Part shown: one piece after another, positions 11,247-21,184 of the stretch
How the letters are laid out: every line of letters begins with the position of its first letter
Numbering within the stretch: position 1 is the first letter of the stretch
Assembly: GCA_963732385.1 (NCBI GenBank)
Contig: CAVSZB010000007.1
Span: forward strand, 1-64,000
Direction of reading: 5' to 3'
Source: an uncultured bacterium
GTDB lineage: Bacteria; Krumholzibacteriota; Krumholzibacteriia; LZORAL124-64-63
Length of the DNA stretch: 64,000 nt
Notes under the pieces: model-generated
Seen by the model: the letters and a program-made list of their open reading frames with translations, nothing else
Told to the model about the DNA's origin: nothing
The model's database searches: none
Program-made: the position numbers and the translations under genes

Positions 11247-11801
11247 ATGACGCCCATGCTTCAGGCAACGACCCTCGAATATGCCCTGTTGGGGATTCTC
11301 CATCAGAAGCCGCATTCGGGATATGAGCTGCGCAGGGTCTTTGCGGAGACACCTTTGAAGTACTTCAGCGATTCGCCTGGCGCGATCTATCCAGCGCTTC
11401 GTCGCCTGGGTGCGCGGGGCTGGGTCATTGCCTCGGCGCCCGAGGGCGGACGGCGTCGCCGGGAGTTGCGCCTGAGCACTCCGGGGCGGAAGGCATTCAT
11501 CGGCTGGCTGCGTCGGCCGGTGACGCGGGGCGATGTCGATCCCGACACGGCGCTGCTGCTGCGTTTCGCCTTCATGGGGCAGGCGCTGTCGGCCGCGGAA
11601 ATCACGAAGTTCATGGCGGAGTACTCGCGGGAGATGCAGACGCAGTTGAAGGCTCTCCAGGGCTACTACGACGAGAACGCCGCGACCTGGCCGCTCACCG
11701 GGCGTCTTGCCTTCGAGCACGGTCTGGCGTTGCACGAGACGAAGCTCGCCTGGGCGCGGGAGGCGGCGCGGGCGCTGAAGAAGCCCGGGGCGCAAACCTG
11801 A
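11247..11801 (+). CDS. PadR-family transcriptional regulator
   Basis: LEYALLGILHQKPHSGYEL...SPGAIYPALRRL...GW winged-helix signature plus C-terminal helical domain. Confidence 0.9.
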   Translation: MTPMLQATTLEYALLGILHQKPHSGYELRRVFAETPLKYFSDSPGAIYPALRRLGARGWVIASAPEGGRRRRELRLSTPGRKAFIGWLRRPVTRGDVDPDTALLLRFAFMGQALSAAEITKFMAEYSREMQTQLKALQGYYDENAATWPLTGRLAFEHGLALHETKLAWAREAARALKKPGAQT

Positions 11802-11861
11802 CGCGATGGTGCGTGGCGGGCGCGCGGGCGGCAGCAACCCTGAAGGGTGGGAGGGCGACCA

Positions 11862-12877
11862 TGCGCGAACGGTACGATCGGCGATCCACACGACTCGACG
11901 CACGGATCCACGGGTTGAGCGTCGCGGTTCTCATGCTGCTGAGCGTCTTCGCCGCGGGGGGCGTGGTCGCCGCCGGCGGGTCCGGGGCGGACCTGCGCCT
12001 GACGGGCGTGCCGAACGCCGGCACGCATTACTATCGCCTGTCGACCGAGGTCGTCGCGATCGAGCCGGATGGCCGGCGCCATAGCCCCGATGTCTATGAC
12101 GTGTGGATCGAATACACCCTGCTGCCGGACGGAGACGTCACCGTGGCCTGCCGCCGGTTCGGGTTTCAGGCGGGCGATTCGGCCGCCGTGGCCATCCCGG
12201 CGCTGAAGGACTGGTCGTATCGCACGCGCATCACGCCGACCGGCCTCGACGAGCGCGGCTGGATCTTCGGCATCGACCAGGCGAAGTTCGCGGGACTGGC
12301 GGACCAGCGCGGCGTCGTTCTGTCGCAGGGCGCGGCCTATTGCGTGTTCAACGCGTTCGTGGACTTCCACAGCTTCAGCGAGGTATTCGTCCGGCGTACG
12401 GACGGTGGCGGCATCCAGGACCTGCGCAGCGTTGGCCAGAGGATCGTCCACGCCGCCTCTCACAGGGAGGCGCCCATCTCGCTGGGTGAATTCGCCGCGG
12501 AGGGATCGACCTTCAGGCTGGGAGAGGTGACTCTCGCGCTCAAGGGCACCAGCGTAGTGGACGGACGGCGCTGCGCGCTGATCGGCTACGACTCCGGCGC
12601 TGCCTCGCTCACCATGACCCTGAAGCCCGCTCCGCAGGTCCTGCTGGAAGTGCACGGGTCTTCGCACTTCTTCGGCGACCTCCACGTCGATCTCGCGACG
12701 CAGTCGCTGCGCGAGGCCACGCTGGCGGAATTCGTCGTCCAGGAAACCTCCGGCGCCGTACTGCCGCAGAAGATCCGGACGGTTGTCGAGCGGAAGCTCG
12801 TGCTCCGCGATCTGTCCCGGGAGGAATTCCGGCGCGGTTGCGAATCGGGCCTGCCAGGCCTCGGGAGCAGGCCGTAG
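11862..12877 (+). CDS. Hypothetical secreted protein
   Basis: Long ORF with signal-like hydrophobic segment, RBS GGAGGG, downstream of padR. Confidence 0.65.
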
Positions 12878-13223
12878 CGCGCGCGACGTTGCCAACCACG
12901 CGAGCTTCCCTCGTGCAGTTACCTGACCCCCGGAGCTGATCCGTCCTGAGAGTTAGACTTTCGGGCCGATCGAGGTGGTGTCGGGTTGTGCGGGGTGAAG
13001 CCATCGACGGTGCGGGAAATGTGCCCGGGCGGCTCTGGGCGAATGCGATGGCATCGGAGAGCCGCCCGGGCTGTGGAGGCGACGCGGGGGGGATGGTGGG
13101 GAGTGCATCGCCTCACAATTTTGCCGATGATGCGCCGCGCGACGGTGGGGTGGGACAGGGAGGTCCGGTGTCCCACCTCCGTTGCGCGGTCAGTTCCGTC
13201 CGGCAAGCGCGCCAAGGTTCCGC

Positions 13224-13339
13224 GAAAGAAAGGCCGGGGCCGGCGAGGAAGCCCAGCACCAGGGTGAAGGGCAGGATACTGGCCCCGGCCACGATGGCAG
13301 CAGGGCGAAAGGGAGGGGGACCCAGACACGCTGCTGCTA
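13224..13339 (-). ncRNA. Candidate small RNA
   Basis: Orphan AT-rich promoter region, two hairpins and a U-rich tail, between convergent genes. Confidence 0.35.
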
Positions 13340-13450
13340 GCACTAAGCGTAGCACAAACGGACCAGGCGCCCGCAAGAAATTGTATACAAAAAGGCCTAA
13401 AATTTTTAATCGACAGGGAAAATCAATTCGGGTCGCAAGGGTGCCAGCCG

Positions 13451-14377
13451 CTATCCCCGCGCAGCCGGATCCGGCTGCGCGATCGCCAGCAGGACTTCGG
13501 ATTCGCCGGAGCGGGTGGTCACCTCGTCGAGGACCGCCGGGATGTCCCGGGTGGACAGGCCCAGGTCGATCCAGGTGCTCTGGTGGAACTCCGGCGCCTT
13601 GCTGTTGCCGCCATTGCCGACCCGCTCCAGGTTGCAGATGTAGTCGGCCGCGTGCACGAGCATGACCAGTTCCCGGTTCTCGAGGCTCGCCTGGGCCGGA
13701 TTGTGGTGCCAGCGGACGACCTGCAGGACTTCGGGCGCCAGATTCCAGCGCATCCCCAGCCACGACCCGACCTCGGCGTGATCCGTGCCCAGCACGTCCC
13801 GCTCCGCCGCGTCCAGCGCGACCTTCCGTGCCCCGGCCTGGTCCACGGCGGCCATGAAATCGGCGCTGAAATGCTGCCCGAGCACGATTTTTCCGAGATC
13901 GTGCAGGAGCCCGACCAGGTGCAGGAGATCGACGGGATGTCGGGATTCCAGGCCCGGCCTGGCCCGCTCGTAGAGCACCTGTGTGGCGATGCCGGTCGAG
14001 ATGCTGTGGCGCCAGAAGCCGACACGGTCGAAGCCGTTCTGTTCCTGCCGGCCGAACATCGTGAACACTGAAGTCGAGATGGCGATGTTGACGATCGTCG
14101 TGAAGCCGAGCCGCGTGACCGCCAGTTCGAGTGAGGACACCGGAGCCAGGCCGGCATAGAGCGGCGAGTTCACCACCTGCAGGATGCGCATCATCATCGC
14201 CGGATCGTCCTCAACTATCGCGCAGACCCGGCGGGCTCCGCACTCCGGATCCCGAATGGCCTCCTGGAGCCTGCCGATGACCGGGGGCAAAGTGGGCAGA
14301 TGAATGAGCGATTCGAGCTTCGCGTAGATGGACCTGGCTTGGTTCACGGCTTGGATGGCCTCCACGTCAGATGTCAT
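13451..14377 (-). CDS. HDOD-domain signal transduction protein
   Basis: LPTLP, DPAM...ILQVVNSPLY, FWRHS, GLLHDLGK, DHAEVG...WNL, WHH. Confidence 0.92.
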   Translation of the reverse strand: MTSDVEAIQAVNQARSIYAKLESLIHLPTLPPVIGRLQEAIRDPECGARRVCAIVEDDPAMMMRILQVVNSPLYAGLAPVSSLELAVTRLGFTTIVNIAISTSVFTMFGRQEQNGFDRVGFWRHSISTGIATQVLYERARPGLESRHPVDLLHLVGLLHDLGKIVLGQHFSADFMAAVDQAGARKVALDAAERDVLGTDHAEVGSWLGMRWNLAPEVLQVVRWHHNPAQASLENRELVMLVHAADYICNLERVGNGGNSKAPEFHQSTWIDLGLSTRDIPAVLDEVTTRSGESEVLLAIAQPDPAARG

Positions 14378-14624
14378 GAGATGTTACGGCGGGCGCGCCG
14401 TCGAGCAATCGGCGCGCACAGGCTGAGTATGCTACGCCAGCATGAAAGTGATTTGAAAGTGGTTTCGGTTATTATTTTCCGGGAGTGAAAAGCACAGTAA
14501 TATCGTAGATGATCGCGCAGCGTTGGCGGAGGCGGGAAAGGAATACCAGGCAGGTGACAGGGCTGGCGCAAGGCAGTCGTTGCGATTCGGCGCTGAAGAT
14601 GTGGAGTCTGGGGCCCGACGGCCC

Positions 14625-14864
14625 CTAGCGCGGTCCCCCCGACTGCCTGCGCGAGATCCAGGTGATGAGGGCCGCCAGGCCGCCGACCAGCACGATCGCG
14701 CGCAGGACACGCAGCAGGCTGATCACCCAGGCGATGCCGATGCCGAGCGCCGCCCAGTGGAACCAGGTGGCGCCAGCCGGGGTCATGCGGCTGATGACGA
14801 AGAGCAGCAGCAGCACCAGCGGGCCGGTGAACAGGAAGGTGAACGAGCGCAGTGTCCGGATCAC
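14625..14864 (-). CDS. Small membrane protein
   Basis: 79 aa, 2-3 hydrophobic helices, WFHWAALGIGIAW, RBS GGAGG. Confidence 0.6.
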   Translation of the reverse strand: MIRTLRSFTFLFTGPLVLLLLFVISRMTPAGATWFHWAALGIGIAWVISLLRVLRAIVLVGGLAALITWISRRQSGGPR

Positions 14865-14969
14865 GGTGACCTCCGTTGGCGAGGGATCGATGGCTACTGT
14901 ACCGGCACGGAGCCGGAATTATTCAGGGCGATCGGAGTCGTGCGCGGCCGGCCGCCCTGGCGCTGTCCC

Positions 14970-15965
14970 TCAGCCGCGGAAGTCGTGCGGCGGCCGGGGG
15001 CGGTTCTCGAGGATCGCTTCGATCCGTTCCAGCACCTCCGGCGTCAGCAGGGGGAGCACGGCGAGCGCGCGCATGTTTTCGGCCACCTGTTCGGGGCGCG
15101 AGGCGCCGGTGATGACGCTGCTGACCGTCGGCAGGCGCAGGCACCAGGCGAGGGCGAGCTGGGCGAGGCTGCAGCCGAGCTCCCGCGCGAGCGGCTCGAG
15201 CAGGCGGGCTTTCGCGAGCTTTGCCTGGGCGGCCGGGCCGGTCACCGACTCGCGCAGCCACTCGTAGCCCGGCACGTCGATCCGCGTCCCCGGCGGGACG
15301 CCGTTGTTGTACTTGCCGGTGAGGATGCCGCCGGCCAGCGGGCTCCAGATCGTCGTGCCGAGGCCGAGCGAGGCGTAGAGCGGCGCCAGTTCCGTTTCGA
15401 TGCGGTCGCGGTGGAACATGTTGTACTGCGGCTGTTCCATCTGCGGCGGGACGAGCCGCTCCCGGCGGGCGATGGCGTGCGCGGCCACGATCTGCTGCGC
15501 CTCCCACTCGCTCGTGCCCCAGTAGAGGGCGAGACCCTGGTCGACGAGCCAGCTCATGGCCCGCACTGTCTCCTCGAGCGGGGTGTGCAGGTCGGGGCGG
15601 TGGCAGTAGAGCAGATCGACGTAGTCGAGCTGCAGCCGCGCCAGCGCGGCGCGTGTCCCCTCGATGACGTGCTTGCGCGACAGGCCGCGTCGGTTGGGGC
15701 CCTGGCCGCCCCAGAAGATCTTCGTGGAGATGACGAAGTCGCTGCGGGGCCAGCCGGCCCGCCGGATGATGTCGCCCATGACCGTTTCGGCGCGGCCGTC
15801 GGCGTAGACCTCGGCGTTGTCGAAGAAGTTGACGCCGGCGTCCCAGGCGGCGTGCAGGCACGCCTCGGCCGTGCCGTCGTCCACCTGCGCGCCGAAGGTC
15901 ACCCAGGCGCCGAACGAGAGGGCCGACACCTGCAGGCCGGAGGCTCCGAGCTGGCGGTATTCCAT
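14970..15965 (-). CDS. Aldo/keto reductase (Kv-beta-like)
   Basis: YRQLGASGLQVSALSFGAW, FFDNAEVY, ISTKIFWG, YWGTSEW, WSPLAGGILTGKY. Confidence 0.93.
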   Translation of the reverse strand: MEYRQLGASGLQVSALSFGAWVTFGAQVDDGTAEACLHAAWDAGVNFFDNAEVYADGRAETVMGDIIRRAGWPRSDFVISTKIFWGGQGPNRRGLSRKHVIEGTRAALARLQLDYVDLLYCHRPDLHTPLEETVRAMSWLVDQGLALYWGTSEWEAQQIVAAHAIARRERLVPPQMEQPQYNMFHRDRIETELAPLYASLGLGTTIWSPLAGGILTGKYNNGVPPGTRIDVPGYEWLRESVTGPAAQAKLAKARLLEPLARELGCSLAQLALAWCLRLPTVSSVITGASRPEQVAENMRALAVLPLLTPEVLERIEAILENRPRPPHDFRG

Positions 15966-15987
15966 CGTGACGACTCCTTGTCCGGGG

Positions 15988-16752
15988 TCAGGGCCGCACC
16001 CAGCGGTCGGCCCAGGCGGCGATGATTTCCCCGGCGTGGCGGGCGTCCCGCTCCGCGAGCAGCAGGTGGTCCGCGCCGGCCAGGGCGACGAAGCTTTTGG
16101 GATGGCGCGCGGCCCGGAAGAGGGCTGCGGCGTGGCGCACGTCGACGATCGGATCGCCGGGTGCGTGCAAAATCAGGAGCGGGCGGTCGAGGGCGCGCAC
16201 GGCGTCGAGCAGGCGCGTGGATTCGAGGTCGGCGAAGAAGGCGGGGCGCAGGCGGTAAGGGCGGCCGGCGAGGTTCAGTTCCGCCTCGCCATGCGCCAGC
16301 GTCTCGGCGCGCTTGGCGGCCAACACGCCGCCGAGGTGGGAGGGTTCGCTCGGGGTGGCCAGCACCGCGATGGCCGCGACCGTCGGCAGGGCCGGCGCCG
16401 CCAACAGCGCCGCGGCGCCGCCGAGCGAATGTCCGATCAGGAGGCGCGGCGCCTGGTGACGGTCCGCCAGCCAGGCGGCGGCCGTCAGGAGGTCGTCGCG
16501 GTTGGTGGCGAGGGTGGTCTGCGCGAAGTCGCCCCCGCTGTCGCCGACGCCGGTGAAGTCGAAACGCAGTACGGCCAGGCCGCGGGCGGTGAGTGCCCGC
16601 GCGATGTGCACGGCCGACTTGAGCTTGCGGCCGCAGGTGAAGCAGTGGGCGTAGAGGGCGAAGGCGCCGGGCGATTCCGTATCGGGCAGGTCGAGCGTGG
16701 CGGCCAGCGGCTCACCCGCGCGATTGGGAAAGCTGACGCGGCGGGAGCGCAT
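15988..16752 (-). CDS. Alpha/beta hydrolase (OsmC-associated type)
   Basis: YAHCFTCG, VLRFDFTGVGDSGG, GHSLGG nucleophile elbow, HPKSFVAL.GADHLL. Confidence 0.88.
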   Translation of the reverse strand: MRSRRVSFPNRAGEPLAATLDLPDTESPGAFALYAHCFTCGRKLKSAVHIARALTARGLAVLRFDFTGVGDSGGDFAQTTLATNRDDLLTAAAWLADRHQAPRLLIGHSLGGAAALLAAPALPTVAAIAVLATPSEPSHLGGVLAAKRAETLAHGEAELNLAGRPYRLRPAFFADLESTRLLDAVRALDRPLLILHAPGDPIVDVRHAAALFRAARHPKSFVALAGADHLLLAERDARHAGEIIAAWADRWVRP

Positions 16753-17000
16753 CCTGATCCCTTCCTCCGACTCCGGGCGGTTCGTCGCGAACGGTCCCGC
16801 CGGCAGCCGGCAGCCGGCGCATTGTAGAGGCCTCGGCGTCGGCCCGCAAGCCGGGGGCTGGACGAAAGCGCCGCGTATTGCTATCCTGCGCGCAACCCGC
16901 TCCCCCCTGCAGTCGCCGCGGCCGCGGATGCCCTTCGCGCCCCGCAGTTCGCGGTGTACGACCGCCGGAGCAGGCAATCGCCTGACACAGGAGGTCAACG

Positions 17001-17207
17001 ATGGCTGAGAAGCCCACCCCCGCAGCGCGTCCCCGCAAGACCGCATCCCGTGCGCCGGCCGCCCATCTGGGTGCCCGGCCTGATCAGGAATCGATCCGTC
17101 TGCGGGCCTACCAGATCTGGCACGAAAACGGCTGCCTGCCAGGTCGGGAAGTGGAGAACTGGATGCAGGCCGAGCGCGAGTTGAGCATCGTCGGTCGCGG
17201 GCACTGA
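17001..17207 (+). CDS. DUF2934-domain small protein
   Basis: IRLRAYQIWHENG...ENWMQAEREL; RBS GGAGG. Confidence 0.8.
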   Translation: MAEKPTPAARPRKTASRAPAAHLGARPDQESIRLRAYQIWHENGCLPGREVENWMQAERELSIVGRGH

Positions 17208-17283
17208 ACCTGTTGCCGACGCTGCCCGCTCCCGGTGCCGCGGTTGTCGTACACGACCGGTCCGGCGCCGGACGTTGCCTCGT

Positions 17284-18405
17284 TCAGGGGGCGGTGGGTG
17301 ATGGACTGACGCCGCCGCCCGGCACTTCGCGGTGGCACTTGTGGCAGAGGGTGCCCTCGGTGGGGACGAACGTGTAGCTGTAGTCCTTGCGCGCGACATC
17401 ACTGGCGGTGGCGCCGGCGTCGCCCGAGGCGGGATGCGAATCGGCCATCAACGCCGCGTCGAAATCCCACCGTCCCGCCACGCGGAACGGGCTGGCGTGG
17501 GCCCGGTGGCACGAGAGGCACATGACCCGGTCGCTCGAGCCGGGGCCGGTGGTGGCGGCGGCGGGGTCCACGCTCTCCAGATCGACGGCGACCGCCTCGA
17601 ATGGCACCTGACCCCAGTACGAGGTCGCGATGGTGCCCCCCATGGGATCGTCGGCGCTGACGTACCGGTTGTACTGGTTGGCCCGACCCGCCTCCATACT
17701 CTCCCCGGACGGGTGGCTGAACCCGTGCGGCCCCACGTCGTGATAGAGGCCGTGGCAGTTCCCGCACCAGGCGCTGAAACCCGACTTGTAGACGGTGTGC
17801 CGGCTGTTCGTTTCGTCGCCGGCCCCAGGGGCCTCGGCGAGCGTGACCACGCTGTTGCCCCGGGCGAGGGGAGCGGGGGCGCTGAAGAGGAAGCGGGCGC
17901 CGTCCACGATCGGGCCTTCGCCCGCGCCGTAGAGCAGCCGGAATCCGGGCCGGCCATGGGGATCGTGACAACTGGTGCAGCCGAGCTGCGCGCTCGGAAA
18001 GGTGCCGCCGGGCGCGACGGAACGGACGCCGTCAGGGTCGAGTCCGCAGGCGGGGGCCACCACGTTGTGACCGTGCGTTTCGCCGCGGCTGCTGACCGGC
18101 ACGCCCCCCGCCAGCCAGGTCCAGGTGCGGGTCAGCCAGTAGAAATCGCCGCCGGGGCCGAAGCCGAGGCCGTTGGCGAACTGCCCATAATCGGCGTGGC
18201 AGCGCAGGCAGGTGTCGCTGGCCGTGCCTCCCACGAGCAGCGTCCGGCCGGTCTGGCCGACCACCGGCACGGTCTGCCCGTCCTGACTGCCGTGCATGAC
18301 GTGGCACGACGCGCAGGCCGCCGCCCCCCCGTCGTGGAAGGCGCGCGCGGCAGCGGGCACCAGCACGAGCGCTGCGAGCAGCCACCCGTATCGACAGACC
18401 GTCAT
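17284..18405 (-). CDS. OmcS/OmcT-family hexaheme cytochrome (second paralog)
   Basis: Signal peptide then FHDGGAAACASCHVMH; 6 CXXCH; PGGDFYW, GHNVV, APGG, PFE, CLSCHRAHAS; clearly paralogous to 18570-19673. Confidence 0.87.
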   Translation of the reverse strand: MTVCRYGWLLAALVLVPAAARAFHDGGAAACASCHVMHGSQDGQTVPVVGQTGRTLLVGGTASDTCLRCHADYGQFANGLGFGPGGDFYWLTRTWTWLAGGVPVSSRGETHGHNVVAPACGLDPDGVRSVAPGGTFPSAQLGCTSCHDPHGRPGFRLLYGAGEGPIVDGARFLFSAPAPLARGNSVVTLAEAPGAGDETNSRHTVYKSGFSAWCGNCHGLYHDVGPHGFSHPSGESMEAGRANQYNRYVSADDPMGGTIATSYWGQVPFEAVAVDLESVDPAAATTGPGSSDRVMCLSCHRAHASPFRVAGRWDFDAALMADSHPASGDAGATASDVARKDYSYTFVPTEGTLCHKCHREVPGGGVSPSPTAP

Positions 18406-18513
18406 CAAGCAGCTCCTCGTCTGGTGCCGCCGCAGCCGAAAACGAATTCGACGGCGCAAGGCAAGCATAGCGGCTGGCGTCCGGCCGCGCGATGAAAAAC
18501 CGGGAATCGAGAA

Positions 18514-18543
18514 GGGCCCCGCGGGGAGTTCCCCACGGGGCCC
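18514..18543 (-). terminator. GC-rich hairpin after the first omcS-like gene
   Basis: GGGCCCCGTGGGGA-ac-TCCCCGCGGGGCCC on minus strand, followed by TTCTC...TTTTT. Confidence 0.6.
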
Positions 18544-18569
18544 TGCGCAGCCGGGCGAGATGCTACGCG

Positions 18570-19673
18570 TCAGGGTCGCGCTTCGTCTCCGGCGTCCTTC
18601 GCGTGGCACTTGTTGCACAGCGAACGCTGGTTGTTGACGAAGGTGTAGTTGTAGTACTTGCGCGCCACGTCGTCCGCGGTCGCGCCGCCGTCGGTGGCCA
18701 GCGGGTGGGAGTCGGCGATGAAGGTCGCCGCGAAATCCCAGCGCCCGATGTCCTTGAACGGCGAGGCGTGCGAGCGGTGGCAGCTCAGGCACATGACCCG
18801 GTCCTGGGGATCCGGACCGGTGGTGTAATCCAGGGTGTTGACCGTCGTCAGATCGGCATTGACGGCTTCGAACGGCACCAGACCCCAGTAGGAGGTGGCC
18901 TGCGTGCCGGTGAGCTGGTCGTCCCCACTGACGTACGCGTTGTAGGTGGCGGCGACTTCGGAGCCCATCGCCACGCCGGTCGGATGCACGAAGTTGGTCG
19001 TGTTGGGCGAGTGCAGGGCGGTGTGGCAGTTGGCGCACCACTCGCTCATGCCCGACTTGTAGACCGTGTGCTCGTTGTTGTTCTCGAAGCCGTCGCTGTT
19101 TATCGTGCGGCGGCTGTTGCCCATGGCCAGGGGGGCCGGGCTGGTGAAGTCGTAGCGCGTGCCGTCGTAGACCGGGTTCTCGCCGCCGCCGTAGAGCAGG
19201 CGGAAGCTCTCGTTGCCGTGCGGATCATGGCAGCTCGTGCAGCTGAGGTACTGGCTGAGGAAGTCGCCACCCGGAGCCCGGGTGAGCTGCGCGTCCTGGA
19301 CCAGACCGTTGGCCGGCGAGATGATGTTGTGGCCGTGCGTGTTCCCGGCGGTCGACGACGTGCTGCCGTGCGAGCTCCAGGTGAACGTCTTGGTCAGCCA
19401 GTAGAAATCGCCGCCCGGCCCGAAGCCGGTGCCGGAGGCGAACTGCCCGTAGGCGGCGTGGCAGCGCAGACAGGTGTCGCTGGGGTTGCCGTACGCGAGC
19501 AGGTAGGCGTTGCCGGTCGGATGCGCCGCATCGACCGGAGCGCCGTTCTGGCTGTTGTGCATGGTGTGGCAGCCGGCGCAATACGCAACGCCGCCGTCAT
19601 GGAAGGCGAAGGCGCTGCCGCTTGCCAACACCAGAGCGGCCGCGGTCAGAATCAAAACTCGAAGCGCTTTCAT
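18570..19673 (-). CDS. omcS: OmcS-family hexaheme nanowire cytochrome
   Basis: 23-aa signal then FHDGGVAYCAGCHTMHNS; PGGDFYWLTKTFTW, CTSCHDPHG, GMSEWCANCH, CLSCHRSHAS, QRSLCNKCHAKD match Geobacter OmcS blocks as recalled; RBS GAGGAG. Confidence 0.9.
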   Translation of the reverse strand: MKALRVLILTAAALVLASGSAFAFHDGGVAYCAGCHTMHNSQNGAPVDAAHPTGNAYLLAYGNPSDTCLRCHAAYGQFASGTGFGPGGDFYWLTKTFTWSSHGSTSSTAGNTHGHNIISPANGLVQDAQLTRAPGGDFLSQYLSCTSCHDPHGNESFRLLYGGGENPVYDGTRYDFTSPAPLAMGNSRRTINSDGFENNNEHTVYKSGMSEWCANCHTALHSPNTTNFVHPTGVAMGSEVAATYNAYVSGDDQLTGTQATSYWGLVPFEAVNADLTTVNTLDYTTGPDPQDRVMCLSCHRSHASPFKDIGRWDFAATFIADSHPLATDGGATADDVARKYYNYTFVNNQRSLCNKCHAKDAGDEARP

Positions 19674-19772
19674 CTCCACTCTCCTCTCAGGATGCTAGGT
19701 CACTAGTGCTTGGCCGTTGAATGCGGGCCGCTCCGTCGTGGCGGACCGCCGAAACGCTGCGGCTGGCGAGGA

Positions 19773-20885
19773 CTACATGGACGCAGCTCCTTTCACGACG
19801 GGAGAGCCGGCGGACGCCGCAGCGTCCGCTCCCGTACCGGGTCCGCCCGCAGGGGCGTTCGAGGTATCGAGACTCAGAAGACGAAACACCTGGACCCGTC
19901 CCTCGAAGCCCTGCGTCACGTAGGCCAGACCGGCCTCGGGCGCGGTGGCGAGGGCCAGCGGGTGGTAGAAATCGCCGGGGCCGGCGCCCATCGCGCCGAA
20001 CTCCGCCCGGAAGGTGAAGTCACGGTCGAACAGCAGCAGCTTGTGGCGCATCCGGTCCAGCACGGCGAGGGTGCCGCCGGGCCCCAACGCCACACCCACC
20101 GGATAGATGAGGCCGCCGAGCGTCGAGCCGAGTTCACCGAACGCGGTGATCGGCTCCCCCTCGGGCGAGAGCACCAGGACGCAGTGCAGTTCGCCGCCCG
20201 GCACGTAGAGGCGCCGGTCGCGGCCTTCGCAGGGGCGGCCGAGACCCAGCTCGCCGGCCCGCTCGCCGCCCAGTTCGCGCTGCCACAGCAGCGCACCGGT
20301 GCGGGCGTCGTGCTTGGCGAGCAGCCCGGTGCCCGGATCGAGCGTGACGAAATTGCCGTCGCTGGTGATGGTCAGATGCAGGGGAGACCAGCCGGCGCGC
20401 GGCGGCTCGGCGCGCCACGCCAGCGGTTCGCCGCGCAGATCGAGGCGGCAAATGGTGCGGGTGGCCTGACTGTCGGTGTCGGTGCAGACGAAATTGCCGT
20501 CGCCGTCGAGACAACCGGAGGCGGGAGTCGACAGACCGGCCAGCAGGCCGGTACGGAAGAGCAGGGCGCCGCGACCGTTGAAGATCTGCAGCGCGGCGCT
20601 GACCGCATCGGTCACGCAGACTTCGCCGGTGACCGGATCGATGGCGATCGCCTCGGGGCGCGCGTCCGACGCTTCGCCGCGCTCGAGCAGGAGCGTGCGC
20701 GAATAGTCGAAGACGTAGATGATCGTGGCGCGGGCCGCAGTCCACGGCGCGAATGCGGCGAGGCCAAGGCCGAGGCAGAGCCCGAGCCGGGCGCACCGCA
20801 GGTGAGGGGCCGATGTTGCGCGGTACCGATTCACGATAACGATTATCCTTGGCGAGGTTCGTCGTGCCTGGCTCTGTGCTGTCAT
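19773..20885 (-). CDS. Secreted NHL-repeat beta-propeller protein (start uncertain)
   Basis: PEAIAID, FGELGSTLGGLIYPVGVA, FGAMGAGPGDFYHPLALA, GRVQVF. Confidence 0.85.
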   Translation of the reverse strand: MTAQSQARRTSPRIIVIVNRYRATSAPHLRCARLGLCLGLGLAAFAPWTAARATIIYVFDYSRTLLLERGEASDARPEAIAIDPVTGEVCVTDAVSAALQIFNGRGALLFRTGLLAGLSTPASGCLDGDGNFVCTDTDSQATRTICRLDLRGEPLAWRAEPPRAGWSPLHLTITSDGNFVTLDPGTGLLAKHDARTGALLWQRELGGERAGELGLGRPCEGRDRRLYVPGGELHCVLVLSPEGEPITAFGELGSTLGGLIYPVGVALGPGGTLAVLDRMRHKLLLFDRDFTFRAEFGAMGAGPGDFYHPLALATAPEAGLAYVTQGFEGRVQVFRLLSLDTSNAPAGGPGTGADAAASAGSPVVKGAASM

Positions 20886-20907
20886 TCACAAGGAAGTGAA
20901 TGCATAT

Positions 20908-20937
20908 ATTCTAGCGTTTCGCTAGGTGTTAAGTCAA
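20908..20937 (-). promoter_or_regulatory. Internal sigma70 promoter for NHL-omcS-paralog genes
   Basis: TTGACT-18nt-TAGAAT in an AT-rich patch; inverted repeat CTAGCG-aaa-CGCTAG overlapping -10. Confidence 0.6.
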
Positions 20938-21184
20938 TCTCATTGTGCAGGATAGGGCATTAATTTCTGAAAGGGAAACTCAAAATTGACCATATCGAAA
21001 CAGCGGAATCCCGTTTTTGCGGAGCTGCCCGAAGCCCATGTCTGCGGCGGGGATGGATCGTCCTGGAAGAGCTGATTCCGGCACGGCAGATCCCGAGGAG
21101 CCGTTCAGGTGGGGGGGCGGACCGGCGCCGCCCCACCCTTGTTCCCCGCGGGTCTGTCTGACGCCGGTCGTGCCGGCGCTCCTT

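Noticed and set aside
17284..19041. 585-aa ORF call for the second OmcS paralog
   Set aside because: The N-terminal ~210 aa are an off-frame overlap with omcS and the terminator; the signal peptide starts at 18405
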